DNA of 63,445 nucleotides, filler included, from Octopus bimaculoides (GCF_001194135.2; 5 parts of 4 records of this genome joined end to end with filler, not necessarily neighbours in it), one strand, 5' to 3'; positions 11,887 through 25,609 are shown, numbered from the whole stretch's first letter. Translations and numbers: made by a program. The notes: generated from the sequence alone by a model not told the origin.

Positions 11887-13293
11887 TATAAGGGAAAGAA
11901 AACACCTACAATCTTCGCCGACCTTAAGAGGGCAAAAAATATAATTCATTTACGTCATCCACATGGAAACCAACAGTTAAGCTTGTGTTAAACTTTTCCG
12001 GCATTTGAAAACTAACTGAAAATACTTATGTGGTGAGGGTAAATGATGTTAGAGGATCATATTATTTTCACTTTCTGAAAGTACAGGAGAACATTTTGGA
12101 CAGGACAGGTTTCAATCTTATTATGACCTCATCAACAAAGTAGTGCCTTGAGCATACTTGCTGTAGTAGTAATAAAAGTATCAGAAGAGGAAAATGGGGG
12201 AATTAATAATAATACAGAAATATGTTCGGAGTTGTTTCCACTACCAGCCAAAACAAATTTAAAATAATATTAGTCCATGTCTAATTAGTTTTCCGTCAAT
12301 CCATAATTATATCTGTTAGCTTTCTTTATACTCTCTGCATTAATTATATAAAAGCTAATTTTGTTCTGTGTAGAATTAATAGAGTATGTTCGTGCAGAGA
12401 CTTTCACACGTTTCCTAAAAAGATTCAACCTTTATCCAACAGAAATTTCAAAAACTCAATAGAAATCAGTTAAGAGAGAGACATAAAATCTGAACTGACC
12501 TACAATGTTTAAATTCAAGACAATGGCAAAAACTGAAGTCATTTAAATTCCTGATAATATGTACTCAGGGCGGAAGATCCGTATTTAAATACTATCGGGC
12601 ATTCCCACCAATGATCTAACGATGGTACTGTGGTTTATTGCGCCCAACCCTGATATGTAGGCAACAGTTCTACACAATGACGAATGTTTCACTTCACCAA
12701 CTGATTTACAGAGAAAGAGAATCGAGAGCTTTAAAATTCCCCTACTTAAACATTGAATTTAATATATAGCAATGTTGAATATCTGGAGGTTTCTGGAGGA
12801 ACAGACACTGAACTTCGGCATTTTAATTTGTGCAAATCTCTTAGTGTCACATATCAGATGTTCCATCTTTCTTCTAAATTAGTCTAAGATAGTTCTTCAC
12901 TATGCCTATCTCTAAATGCATAAGGGACCTACTGCATAGATACTTCTTGTCAAATCCTTCAAACAACAAATGATACGGAAAATTCCCCTGCCACCGCCAT
13001 CGTATGAATCACCATTATAGAAGGAATAACTCCCAATCATTGACAGATCGCAAGGATTAGATTCAGTAAAACAACGTTGATGCGTGTGTGTGTGTGTTGA
13101 TGTTTGCATCCAGTATTCGCAGATATTGTAAGCGATTTACGTTGTAGTTCAGACGGTTTAATGTGTTTCATGTTGTGAAGAAGACAAGAAAAGTCTAACG
13201 TTTAGAAAATTTGACTTTCTCAGAGAGGAATAAAAATTGAGGATGCATTTTTGAAACCTAGTGTTTTAAAAAACTTTATTTTTCTTTCTCTAT

Positions 13294-13321
13294 CTGAAGA
13301 AAGAATAAAGTCCGAAACGTT
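13294..13321 (+). ncRNA. Decayed minimal type I hammerhead-like motif (PLE-end type)
   Basis: CTGAAGA...CCGAAACGTT: core boxes present and palindromic AACGTT at stem III, but stems I and II are poorly paired. Confidence 0.3.
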
Positions 13322-14264
13322 ACAATTCTCTTTTCTTACTCAGTGCATAAAATAGATTCCACTGTTAAAACTATTTGAAAGTTATTGTACGTGTATACCT
13401 GCGGTGTTTGCATATGGTGTTTGTATATGTTTTTACCGCAATATAATCATCACTATTCCACATTCCACCACACTCACACCCGCACGCACGCACGCCCACA
13501 CACACAAACACACTCACATACACATGTACACACATTTACACACACGCACGACACACACATGTAAACACTCACGCACAAATTCTCTCACACAAGGATGTAA
13601 TTAATTAAAGCTCACTGTTTCCGACATAACGTGTTTCATTAGTTTTCTCTCTAATTCATCTTCTTTTCACTCATTTATCTCTCTTGCATTCACAATATCC
13701 TTTCTTTCTGCCTAAATTACTGATTCACTCATTTATTCGTTGTCTTTAATCCATTTCTTCCTCTCTTCGATCAATATTTTGTTCTTTCTTTCGTTCTGTA
13801 TATTAGTATTTTTTTTTTCTCTCTTCGTGTATTTGCCTTTCAATTTAACCATACTCCCCTTCTGTCAATCAGTTCAACACGTCTCTCCCAATTCTACTAA
13901 AAAGAAATCCTTTCATATCTCTCTCACTCCCGCTTCCCCAATCATTCTTTGTTTTTCTCACTTCCTCTCTCACAATCACTTTAATGCTTTTACTCTCTCT
14001 CTCTCTCTTTCTCGCTTTCCCTCTCCTTTGACTCTGTCTCTCACTCTTTCTGTTTCTATTTCTTTTACGTTCAATCATTCTCTTTTGTGGCTGCCTCTTA
14101 TATATTTGTGTTTTCTTATATTTCACCGTTCTTTCCTCATCAATTCTTTTTATTAAGGATTTCTTTCTTCTTGTTATATAACATGTTTTCAGGAACTCTC
14201 TTAGTTGAAGGTCGGATAGGGTCGAGGCAAGATGAAGACAGACATGAAGAAATGAGAGAAATTA

Positions 14265-14520
14265 GGTAGAGAATCAGCTTTCTCCTTTCTGGTTTTGAGA
14301 AGCCTAATTTCTCAAGCTTGATATTTAGGCAATGTGTTACATATCCCAAGGCCCCAATAATTACAGGTATAAATCTGAACTTATCCGAATGGAGTAACTG
14401 CAGATTTTTCAATACTTCAGCGTAGGTATCCTCTTTGTAACTGATCTTCAACTTTATGTTGGACAGCTAATTTCCACAACTATGCAGTTTCGGTTCTCTA
14501 TCCCAAATCATTATATCAGG
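14265..14520 (-). mobile_element. Non-LTR retroelement fragment, restriction-like endonuclease region (R4-like)
   Basis: PDIMIWDRE...VEISC...KISYKEDTYAEVLKNLQLLHSDKFRFIPVIIGALG: PD-(D/E)xK motif and the P-V/I-I-I/V-GALG motif, as in the copies at 42432 and 47516. Confidence 0.7.
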
Positions 14521-14761
14521 TGTATATACGTATGTATGTATGTATGTATGTATGTATGTATGTATGTATGTATGAAAGCATGTATGTAAGTATTTAAGCA
14601 TTATGTAAGTACTAGAGTGTTACCCGTTGTATGGCGAGTAACTCTGGATAATTTCAGGAAATACGTATACATACAATCAAATTTCTTACTGCTTGTACAA
14701 AATAATGAAATGAATACTAATTTTTAATATAAAAAATCTTTATCTTTATATATAAAAATGC

Positions 14762-14820
14762 TCCGGGTTGACCAAAGTCTTGTGACTGGATTTGGTAGAC
14801 AGAAACTGAAAGAAGCCCGT

Positions 14821-14857
<37 letters not shown>

Positions 14858-15075
14858 GTATATCTTTGTATGTCTGTGTTTGTGCCCCCCCCCAACATCG
14901 CTTGATAACCGATGCTGGTATGTTTACATTCCCGTAACTTAGCGGTTCGGCAAAAGAGGCCGATAGAATAAGTACTAGACTTACAAAGACTCACAGAGTT
15001 CCACTAAAGGCGGTGCTCCAGCATGGCCGCTGTCAAATGACCGAAACCGTGTAAAAGAGTAAAGGAGTAAAGAGT
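14762..15075 (+). mobile_element. SINE family A (5'-truncated)
   Basis: GGATTTGGTAGACAGAAACTGAAAGAAGCCCGTCG, then microsatellite, GTAACTTAGCGGTTCGGCAAAA and GGCGGTGCTCCAGCATGGCCGC. Confidence 0.85.
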
Positions 15076-15315
15076 ATATAGTTTACAAATAAACAGGTAA
15101 ATTGACACAATACACTGTCTGCAAGCTGATGAATACCACCTATTCCCCTCCATTTTCTTATTACTATATATATTAAGGGTAAAATATCCTTTTACCCGCA
15201 CCTATTTATTGCACTTGGAAAAACACTAGTGTAATAATAATTGGGTATTCTTCCGGCAGTATATCGGATAGATATTATTCCTTAGTGGGTTGGATTCACA
15301 ACCCCTAACTTTCTT

Positions 15316-15398
<83 letters not shown>

Positions 15399-15662
15399 TG
15401 TATGTATGTATGTATAAATATAAATTAATTTACAAAGGTACCATTAATTGTATTATTATCCAATGTAACTATTTTAAGAATGATAATAACAGAATTAACG
15501 ATACAGGCGACAGCAGGCCCAAAAATAGCATTAAATAGCCGAGGGATTAAAATTAATCAAAGGACATACTAAGTATGTCTACCTGCTTGAAATAACAGTC
15601 AACTCACCCCATTGAAATCCTTGTCGGCCTGAATTGTCCCGCGCAGATTCATAACGACTTCA

Positions 15663-15703
<41 letters not shown>

Positions 15704-16272
15704 CCAAGATTTTATGATAAAAACATTGAGAAATTATGAATATTCATCATCTTGCTCAAGATATTAGCGCTCCACATGAATGAAATCATATGTTTGCCAT
15801 GTAAGATCGAAACTACATTTCAGATTTACAGTACTGGGTGAAGGAACACCATTTTCATATTAAATATTGCTGTGGCTTGTTGTTCTTTCTCACCAATTGT
15901 AATTTGATTTTAACATGCTAGGCTTAAATCATGTGCTGGTACTGAAAGTTAGGTATTGCACACAATGCTCTTCAAAATGGCTTCTTCGTCGTTCTGAGAA
16001 TGCGTGATCGACCTGAATATAGAAGTAAAACAACTACAACACAAACAACAATGAATGTCTTACAGGAGCAACAGCACACTTCAAATCAAACCATCTTAGT
16101 AACTTTATTCACTTAAATATCTCTTTAGCAGTTGCTGTGTCTCAGTAAGAGACGTGAGCAAAACCTACACAAATGTAAGCAATTCCACTGCATGAAATAA
16201 TAAAACAGTAATAACCGAGGAAATTTGTGATGTTCTACATCAGCAAAAGTAACACAAACAATTCAAACATAG

Positions 16273-16419
16273 GCGAAGGTGTGGCTGTGGGGCAAGAAGC
16301 TTGCTTCCCAACCACATGGTTCCGAGTTCATTCGTACTGCGTGGTACCTCGACCAAGTGTCTTCTACTAAAGCCTCACGCAGACCAAAGCCTTGCGAGTA
16401 GATTTGATAGACGGAAAAC

Positions 16420-16458
<39 letters not shown>

Positions 16459-16545
16459 CGCGTGCAAGTGTGTGTGTGTGTGTGTGTGTGTACTTCTTTG
16501 TGTCTGTATTTGTTCCCCACCACCGCTCGTCGCAGCAACTTAGAT
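16273..16545 (+). mobile_element. SINE family A (5' part)
   Basis: tRNA-like head GTGTGGCTGTGGGGCAAGAAGCTTGCTTCCCAACCACATGGTTCC and an internal (TG)n. Confidence 0.85.
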
Positions 16546-17234
16546 CAACTCTGCTACTTGGGGGTTCTTGGCCGGAATATCAAATCTATTTTGATATTTT
16601 TCAAGCTGGTAATGTCAAAAATGCACCACCACTAGACTGGTTGTTTTGTCTCTGGCAAAGTCAAAATGTCCCAACTACTCTACCTTGTCTCTTTTCTTTC
16701 GTCGACAAAGCGAGAGACAGACAAACCGACAGACAGACAAACAGATGGAGGAAGAGAGAGCTGGAGACTGACTGAGAGATAGATGAGTAAGAAAGGGTTG
16801 GAGAAAGAAAATCTAGGAAATCATCAGAGATATACATATATGGTGTAACTTTACAGTAAGGAGTGAACCGTACAATTTCCTGTAAGTCAGACCGCATCAT
16901 GAGGCCAATGTTGCCTCACCCCCGACAAGAATAATGAGACATTTTTCTTCTCTACGCTGTCACTTTTCATTCCTTTGTTTCTCACTGAACAGAAAGAGGG
17001 CCAGAGTGAGGGGGTAAAATTGAAATGGAAGAGTGAGAAAGAAAGAGAGAGAAGGTGAGATAAACAGAGAGGGTAGATGGTCGCTCAATGGAGAAGCAGA
17101 AGAAGGATCGTTACGAATGAGCGACAATGAAGTGTGACAGAGGGAAGAAGAGTCATCGCGGAGGAAAAGGCATCTTTCTAGTAAGAGATTGTGAAACGTT
17201 CGTTGATATATGTGACTGATGAAGCACCTAAAGT

Positions 17235-17465
17235 AAAGATGCTACTGTCAGTGAATTGAACATGATGTAAAATGCCTTCACACATAGGGATATGAATATA
17301 GGAATGGCTGGGAAAATTAAAATGCCTAGTAACAGGTTTGAAGATAGCTTTGGCGTTATTACAAGCACCATGAAGATGCCTGGAAGAGCGATAACCTAAA
17401 CGACGTCCGGTTCCAGCCCCGATCCCTATGAAGATCGTTTGTTTGAAGTCTGTCCCTGGATTTAC
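17235..17465 (+). mobile_element. piggyBac/PGBD-type transposase relic
   Basis: Frame-broken KDATVSEL...KMPSNRFED...PDPYEDRLFEVCPWI resembles the piggyBac motifs W.DVT..EL, MSRNRF and D..YDRLFKVRPLI. Confidence 0.55.
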
Positions 17466-17894
17466 CGGTAATCTGTCACTCTTTGTTATTGTGTACTCGA
17501 AATATGAGAAGGTGGGGGAAGATTAAATAAAACAGGATTACAATTAAATTTCAAATACAATCAATCACTGACGATGATGAAATTTCTGTTTGTTTACACT
17601 TGGTTAGTCACGTGTTGTAATCGTCATCGAACATTTGAAGTGTTGCAGTAAGGAAAGAACATGTAGAAAATGGCTATCAATAGAAGAACATCTGAACTAC
17701 TTACCCACGGCGGGCAGTGTTACAGAAAGCAACACTTTTCCGCTTCATTTGTCTTGTATAATAGCTACCATGATGGAATAACGATAGTTCGAAACATTAC
17801 ATTCATTATGACCAGTCATCGTTATCGTCGTCGTCGACTTCATTGTCATCACCACCACCAACAACAACATCTCGGGAGAAAATGCCTTTTACGT

Positions 17895-17929
<35 letters not shown>

Positions 17930-17942
17930 CTGAGACAAAGTG

Positions 17943-17943
<1 letters not shown>

Positions 17944-18013
<70 letters not shown>
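17944..18013. repeat. (GATA)n microsatellite
   Basis: Directly visible. Confidence 0.95.
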
Positions 18014-18014
<1 letters not shown>

Positions 18015-19589
18015 TTTACCTCATCTGTCTTCATACGTGAAGCTACGTTGTCCAATGTATCATTTCCTAATCTAGGACTGTTGGGTGGGATTTGATAGAA
18101 ATTCACTGCTATATCTAGCAAGTCGCACGCTCGCACAGAGACCATTTATGGTTAGCTCGAAATAGACTTTGGTGTTGTCGTTTAGCTCTAGACCAGCCGC
18201 TGATGAAAAACTATGACGAAAGACATCCAATCATGTCTATTTCGCCGTTTGTACACCAGAAATAATATTGTTCCATACAGATTTTGTTTTAAGTGTGTGG
18301 CTCTTTGAATTTTGGCAACTATTTTGAGTAGATGGAACAACTGTATTGTTCTGTATGTTTGCCACATTTTCACACGTCTGATGGCACAAAAGTATTTGTT
18401 GTGAAGAAAACTACAATATGTATGTTTAAATAAGTTAATATAAATAAATACACACACACACGCATATATATATATATATATANNNNNNNNNNNNNNNNNN
18501 NNNNNNNNNNNNNNNNNNNNNNNNNNNNNNNNNNNNNNNNNNNNNNNNNNNNNNNNNNNNNNNNNNNNNNNNNNNNNNNNNNNNNNNNNNNNNNNNNNNN
18601 NNNNNNNNNNNNNNNNNNNNNNNNNNNNNNNNNNNNNNNNNNNNNNNNNNNNNNNNNNNNNNNNNNNNNNNNNNNNNNNNNNNNNNNNNNNNNNNNNNNN
18701 NNNNNNNNNNNNNNNNNNNNNNNNNNNNNNNNNNNNNNNNNNNNNNNNNNNNNNNNNNNNNNNNNNNNNNNNNNNNNNNNNNNNNNNNNNNNNNNNNNNN
18801 NNNNNNNNNNNNNNNNNNNNNNNNNNNNNNNNNNNNNNNNNNNNNNNNNNNNNNATATATATATATATATACTACTTTCAAACAAATCTAAAATATATTT
18901 TAAAGAAGATGAAAATTGTCTAAAAATACAACAAACAACTTATATTTCGCATTACTGTTTCAGTTGTAGTAAAGTGTTTCCGTACATCTATGGACTAAGA
19001 ATTCTTCAGAGGCATTGCCCATCAACTAAACGTACATATCTGCTACACCAAAGGACACTAGGACACATACCCAGCAGAAACCTGTGTCGAATTGTAATTT
19101 GATGAAATTAATGCCTTAATAAATTAATTTTGAAGATGTATAAATTCTCCATTCTTCTTTACGATGTATGTTGTATGAAAACCAATAAGGCGAACTCAGG
19201 ATTTACCTATCGAGTGAAGTAGCTTTTAACTGATTATCCTAAGCAGTTTTGTACATTCCCTATCATTTAATGTGGTTAACCAGTTCTGGGTTATATAAGA
19301 GTGATAATAAGAATTACCAAATCCTTATTCCTTTACTTTATATTTCTCTTTTAATTGTTTTGCATGCGATGGTTAGGCTTCAGTTGGAGGATCTGGAGTT
19401 ATGGGGCGCGTGGAGCCATCACTTAATTACTACACCTTTCAGGTCCGTTCTTATACGAAATGGTAGTACCTTTCAGGGTCCCATCTACAGGCTAGATAGA
19501 TTTTTCTGACAAAACCATAGAGAAGGCAGCCCTTCTAGGAAAAAGATGACATAAAACTTGGAATCATCTCGCAATACTTGCCACCGGAA

Positions 19590-19798
19590 AGGCGGTGAGC
19601 TGGCAGAAACGTTCGTACGCCGAGCGAAATGCTTAGCGGTATTTCGTCTCTTTCCGTTTTGAGTTCAAATTCCACCTTTACCTTTCATTCTCTCGGGTTC
19701 GATAAATTAAATACCAGTTGTGTACTGAGGTCCATCTAATCGATTGCCCCCCCTCCTCAAAAATGTCGCGCCTTGTACCTAGAGTAGAAAAGAATATT
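19590..19798 (+). mobile_element. SINE family B, near full length
   Basis: GGCGGTGAGCTGGCAGAAACG...GAGTTCAAATTCC...GTAGAAAAGAATATT. Confidence 0.9.
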
Positions 19799-20058
19799 GC
19801 CACTGGAATCTACTATGGCGACCGAGAGGGTGGTAAATGTGTTATACAAGCCTTTCTCTCTTAAATCTAATGATGTACAGACGTCTCACTCTCATTTCAT
19901 TTCTTGATTTGTTTTGTATTTTATAGAGTCCTATGGCGATGGATGCGTTGCTTGAAAAGTCATGTCCACAAACATGCAACGTTGAAAGTAAATCAGAAAA
20001 ATCAGGTGGAATGTCAGACGGTTATCATCTGATAACATGCGGCAATCATTAGCATCAA

Positions 20059-20326
20059 ACGTGGCTGCGTGGTAAAGAGATTACTTCCCGACCACATGGT
20101 TCCGGGTTCAGTCCCGCTGCGTGGTATCATAGACAAGTGTCTTCTACTATAGTCTCGGGCCGGGCCACCGAAGCCGTGTGAGTGGATTTGGTTGACGTAA
20201 ACTGAAAGAAGCTCATCGTGTGTGTGTGTGTGTGTGTCAACACTGCTTGACAACTGGTGTTGGTGTGTTTACGTCCCTGTAACTTAGCGGATCGGCAAAT
20301 GAACCCGAAAAATTAAGTACTAGGCA
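20059..20326 (+). mobile_element. SINE family A
   Basis: tRNA-like head with B-box GGTTCAGTCCC, internal (TG)n, and GTAACTTAGCGG. Confidence 0.85.
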
Positions 20327-20782
20327 TGTGTATATATATACATATGGACGCAGGAGACGCCTTGTAGTGTGGAAGACCGATGAGGCTCGGATTGAATCAC
20401 AATTCTTGGTAAATGTCACCGACCAAAGCTCCGAGTAGTGTCAGACCTTTTAGAGGTGAATTGAAAAGAGAGAAAATGTGAAACCCGTCGAATGGATTAT
20501 GCCATTGAATTGAAGGGGCTAATTTTTCATTCAGTTTGCAATTAAATTTAATACATGTCTCTTCGTGGAGTACTCAACCAGTTTCTCTATAAAACCATCA
20601 GTATCGAGTTCAGTTGATCAGACAGCTGGGGCACTCCTAATCAAAATCAGAGGTGATGCATTGCTTTCATACGCGTGCGCGCGCACGCACACGCACACAC
20701 GCAAAAACGTACATACATCATATATATGTGTATCTATATCTATCTAATCTCCCTCCCTTTCTCTCTCTATCTTTCTCAATCT

Positions 20783-20822
<40 letters not shown>

Positions 20823-20824
20823 CA

Positions 20825-20860
<36 letters not shown>

Positions 20861-20888
20861 NNNNNNNNNNNNNNNNNNNNNNNNNNNN

Positions 20889-20932
<44 letters not shown>

Positions 20933-20934
20933 CA

Positions 20935-21305
20935 TATTTTTACTCTTACTCTTTACTCTTTTACTTGTTTCAGTCATTTGACTACGGCAAAGCTGGAGCA
21001 CCACCTTTTAGTCGAGCAAATCGACCCCAGAGCTTATTCTTTGTAAGCCTAGTACTTATTCTATCGGACTCATTTGTCGAACCGCTAAATTACGGGGTCG
21101 CAAACACACAAGCATCGGTCGACAAGCGATGCTAGGGGACAAACAGACACACAAACATACATATACGACGGGCTTCTTCCAGTTTCCGTCTACCAAATCC
21201 ACTCAGAAGTAGAAAACACTTGCCCAAGGTGCCACGCAGTGGGACTGAACTCGGGACCATGTGGTTGGTAAGCAAGCTACTTACCACACAGCCACTCCTG
21301 CACCT
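20935..21305 (-). mobile_element. SINE family A
   Basis: Colinear with the copy at 24-459. Confidence 0.9.
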
Positions 21306-21408
21306 ATANNNNNNNNNNNNNNNNNNNNNNNNNNNNNNNNNNNNNNNNNNNNTTAATTAATTAANNNNNNNNNNNNNNNNNNNNNNNNNNNNNNNNNNNN
21401 NNNNNNNN

Positions 21409-22347
21409 GGAAAAGTCACTCTGATCGTTCTGATACAAAAAAGAACTTCTGAATGTACTGGTGAGATTCAAGAATCAGGTCCATCGCCAGGAACATGGGA
21501 GTGTCTGAGTTTCTTATCATGTAAGTAGTGCATGAAGACATTCGGTATTCCTCATTCAAGATGAGAAAGGGTCAATTTTAATCCCAAGTATTTAAGGACA
21601 AGACGAAAGACCGCGCTACGAAGCTTTTGAACAAACTCAAGCATCCCCTCCAATCGAACATGCTTTGGTTTTTCTCAGATGGGAAAACATTCTGCCAGGA
21701 TTCGATGGTGAACACACAGAACAACTGTTGGCTTTTCCAGTCCTCAAAACATGTACTAAGAGTTATAAAAATCAAACAACCAGTCAACATCATGTTGTTT
21801 GGAGTGATCACTAGTGATGGTGTCGTTATGCCTCTATTCATCTCCCCGCATGACCTCATACACAACACGGGGGCCCTACATCAAGTGCCTGGAAGAGGTA
21901 GTGCTGCCCTGGGTCAAGAGGGGGGCTGCTGGAACACTCTGAGTCTGGCAACAAGACTTTGCACTATGCCACACAAGCAGAAGAATCCAGTTATGGCTGT
22001 CAGACAATTTCTGCAACAACCCCTAAGATCTGACCACCTGACTCCCTAGATTGAAACCCCTCGATTACTATGTGTGGGGCACAGTTGGGTGAGGGACCAA
22101 CAAACTCTACGTAACACCAAAGATGAACTGAAGGCAAGTATTATGGCAGGATTCACCAAGATAAACATGGAGACCGTCCAGAAATGCTGCAGGAGATTCC
22201 GAAGTCGTGGAGGCCGTGGTTGGAGCCAATGATGATTTTATTGAACAAATTTACTCTTTGGTTTGGTAAATATATCTGTTAAAATAAGAAGTCAGTGTTA
22301 TTTTCATTTTTGCGTAATTTAGGCGATAATTTATTTACCGCACTCTG
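21409..22347 (+). mobile_element. maT (DD37D-type) transposon, catalytic domain and right end, degenerate
   Basis: KLLNKLKHP...LWFFSDGKTFCQD...NTQNN...PVNIMLFGVITSDG; out-of-frame CLEEVVLPWV, WQQD, and an NPLDYYVWG motif near 22055-22080. Right end ...CGCACTCTG. The left part is lost in a gap. Confidence 0.8.
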
Positions 22348-23224
22348 TCTATGTGTGTATATATACCTGTATGTGTATGTATGTATGTATGTATGTATGT
22401 ATTTGTGCATTGTATGCATGTATGTATGTATGTATATTTGTATGTATGTATGTATGCATGTATGTATGTATGTATGCATGCATGCATGTATCTGCCTTCA
22501 ATTCCCCACTCCCACTCACTCTGGATCTACACATACAAAATATAATATAGATAGATATACCGACAGACAGAAAGACAGACAGACATATATATATATATAC
22601 ATATACATGCATACATATATATATATAATACATATATATATATATATATATATANNNNNNNNNNNNNNNNNNNNNNNNNNNNNNNNNNNNNNNNNNNNNN
22701 NNNNNNNNNNNNNNNNNNNNNNNNNNNNNNNNNNNNNNNNNNNNNNNNNNNNNNNNNNNNNNNNNNNNNNNNNNNNNNNNNNNNNNNNNNNNNNNNNNNN
22801 NNNNNNNNNNNNNNNNNNNNNNNNNNNNNNNNNNNNNNNNNNNNNNNNNNNNNNNNNNNNNNNNNNNNNNNNNNNNNNNNNNNNNNNNNNNNNNNNNNNN
22901 NNNNNNNNNNNNNNNNNNNNNNNNNNNNNNNNNNNNNNNNNNNNNNNNNNNNNNNNNNNNNNNNNNNNNNNNNNNNNNNNNNNNNNNNNNNNNNNNNNNN
23001 NNNNNNNNNNNNNNNNNNNNNNNNNNNNNNNNNNNNNNNNNNNNNNNNNNNNNNNNNNNNNNNNNNNNNNNNNNNNNNNNNNNNNNNNNNNNNNNNNNNN
23101 NNNNNNNNNNNNNNNNNNNNNNNNNNNNNNNNNNNNNNNNNNNNNNNNNNNNNNNNNNNNNNNNNNNNNNNNNNNNNNNNNNNNNNNNNNNNNNNNNNNN
23201 NNATATATACAAAAAACGGCACTT

Positions 23225-24837
23225 TATTTCTGATAAAACCAAGAACTTATACCTTGTAGACAACAGCACATACAACTCCTATATAACAATGTTATTAGTA
23301 ATTATGCTAAAGCTAGAACACAAGTTTATAACGACATTAATAAAGAAGCTAGTATCATCGCTGCTAGATCTAAATTAGATAAAAAAAAAAAGAGTTCCTT
23401 CCAAAAAAAAGAGGCCTTTATAACTATTAAAGACTATAAAAATAACTTCCTACCTATCTAATCTTAAATGCAGACTAGTTAACCCTGCAAAATCAGAAAT
23501 TGGTATAATTAGTAAGGAATTTTTTTTTAAATCAAAGCTAGGGGCAACTAATTTGGTTCAATGGTCCAATAGTATAAAAGTTGTTAGCTGGTTTAAAGCA
23601 ATTAGAAATAAGAATAAAGCAAGATTTACACAATTTGATGTAGATTTCTATGCATCTATTTCTAGAAAACTGCTAGATAAAGGCCTCACTTTCACAGGTG
23701 ATTTTACAGAGATTTAGTGAACAAGATAAGGATATAATCCTCCATGCTAGAAAATACCTTACTATTCAGCGAGAACGCAGAGTAGGTCAAGTCAGCAGAC
23801 AGAGAGTTCTTTCGATGTGAACATGGGGTCATATGATGGAGCAGGCATATGCGATATCATTGGGCTATTCCTGCTTGACATGTTAGGAAAAGCTTTTCCT
23901 GGTGTGTATGTTGCTATTTATAGGGACGATGCTCTAACTTTAACAAAGAATACCAATAGACCAGAGCAAGATCGATTAAGGAAGGGTATTATCCATCTTA
24001 GGAAAACATTCGATCGTAGCATAACAATAGACACCAACGTGACAGTTGTCAATTTCCTTGACGTATCTCTAGATTTACAAATGAATATTTACAAAACCTA
24101 TAGAAAGCCCAACGATAGACTAAGTTATATTGATGTAGGTTCTTACCACCTCCACCCATAGGGCTTAAGAATTTAGTTAAGAATATTAGTTGGAGAATTT
24201 CTAGCCTCTCCACCAATACAAACATATTTAATAATGCTGCCCCAATATATAACAATGCCCTTAAAGCAAGTGGATTTAAAGAGGAAATAGCTTACACACC
24301 TACTATTAGACCAGAAATAAAGAAAAGAAAACATAGACTCAGGAAAATTATCTGGTTCACATTCCCTTACTCTACCGAGTGACTTTTAATATAGGTAAAT
24401 ATTTCTTGTCACATACAGATACACATTTTCCAATACATCACAAATATAGAAAACCCTTTAATAAGCATAACCTAAAAATTAGTTTTAGTTCCACCCCAAA
24501 CTTTAAAAGCATAATTACACCGGCTGTTCCTGCAAGGATAAAGACTTGTGCCCACTAAATGGAACCTATATGACCGAGGTCACAATTTATGAAGTCACTG
24601 TAAATTCCACGAGCGTTCATACTACAGTTTCATCCAAGAGATATGTGGGTCTCACAGAAGGAAATCTCAAAGCAAGATTCAACAATCAGACCTTAAGCTT
24701 CAGACACTGGAATAAACGAAAAACTACCAAATTATCCAGTTATGTATGGTTCCTAAAAGAACAAGGTGTCACTACAAGAGTTACTGGAAGATCTTAACCA
24801 AGTGTAAACCTTATATATATATAAGGTAAAAGTGTAA
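23225..24837 (+). mobile_element. Penelope-like element (RT plus C-terminal GIY-YIG, CxCx5C linker; probable Hydra clade), degenerate
   Basis: RLVNPAKSEIG...FDVNMGSYDGAGICDIIGL...IYRDDAL...NFLDVSLDL...YRKPND...RKIIWF...CSCKDKDLCPLNG...IYEVTV...YVGLTEGNLKARFNN...TKLSSYVWFLK. Both flanking gaps border (TA)n. Confidence 0.85.
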
Positions 24838-25609
24838 NNNNNNNNNNNNNNNNNNNNNNNNNNNNNNNNNNNNNNNNNNNNNNNNNNNNNNNNNNNNNNN
24901 NNNNNNNNNNNNNNNNNNNNNNNNNNNNNNNNNNNNNNNNNNNNNNNNNNNNNNNNNNNNNNNNNNNNNNNNNNNNNNNNNNNNNNNNNNNNNNNNNNNN
25001 NNNNNNNNNNNNNNNNNNNNNNNNNNNNNNNNNNNNNNNNNNNNNNNNNNNNNNNNNNNNNNNNNNNNNNNNNNNNNNNNNNNNNNNNNNNNNNNNNNNN
25101 NNNNNNNNNNNNNNNNNNNNNNNNNNNNNNNNNNNNNNNNNNNNNNNNNNNNNNNNNNNNNNNNNNNNNNNNNNNNNATATATATATATATATAGGGAGA
25201 GAGATAAAATGCTTGTACGTGGACGTCTATATGAATATAATTGCGCGCGTATGGGTATGTGTACGTGTGTGTGTGTTCATGTGTGCGGATATGTATATGT
25301 GTACATGTGTATGGTTGCATATATATGTGCACATATAGGCGTGTGCGTGGGTGTGTATGTATGTGTTTCACGCGAGTGTGAGTGAGCATATGCATACAGG
25401 TGCATGTACGTGGGTGTGCGTGCGCGTGTGCATGTATGTACATGAGCGCATACGCGAATTCTATGATCGTTTCATACTTTCTCCTCTTCTGGTTTTTTCC
25501 CTTTATGTAACGGTTATTCTAATAGCTCTTTTGTTTGTCTTAATAACGGCCATTTACATAGTAATTTCCCTTTGTTTAACGGTCATTTTCATAGCATTTT
25601 TGTTTGTCT

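Noticed and set aside
12540-13070. Protein-like stretches, including a PPPSY motif on plus and a serpin-like MPKFSV on minus
   Set aside because: Multiple stops in every frame, and motifs too short to support a call.
18165-18225. CTGATGA...GAAA hammerhead-like string
   Set aside because: Stems I and II do not pair and stem III needs an inserted base; it looks like a decayed interspersed repeat.
21353-21364. TTAATTAATTAA islands inside N-runs (also at 48580-48591, 56391-56402 and 61606-61617)
   Set aside because: An identical 12-mer centred in a 100-bp N block, giving stops in all six frames. This is a scaffolding spacer, not biology.
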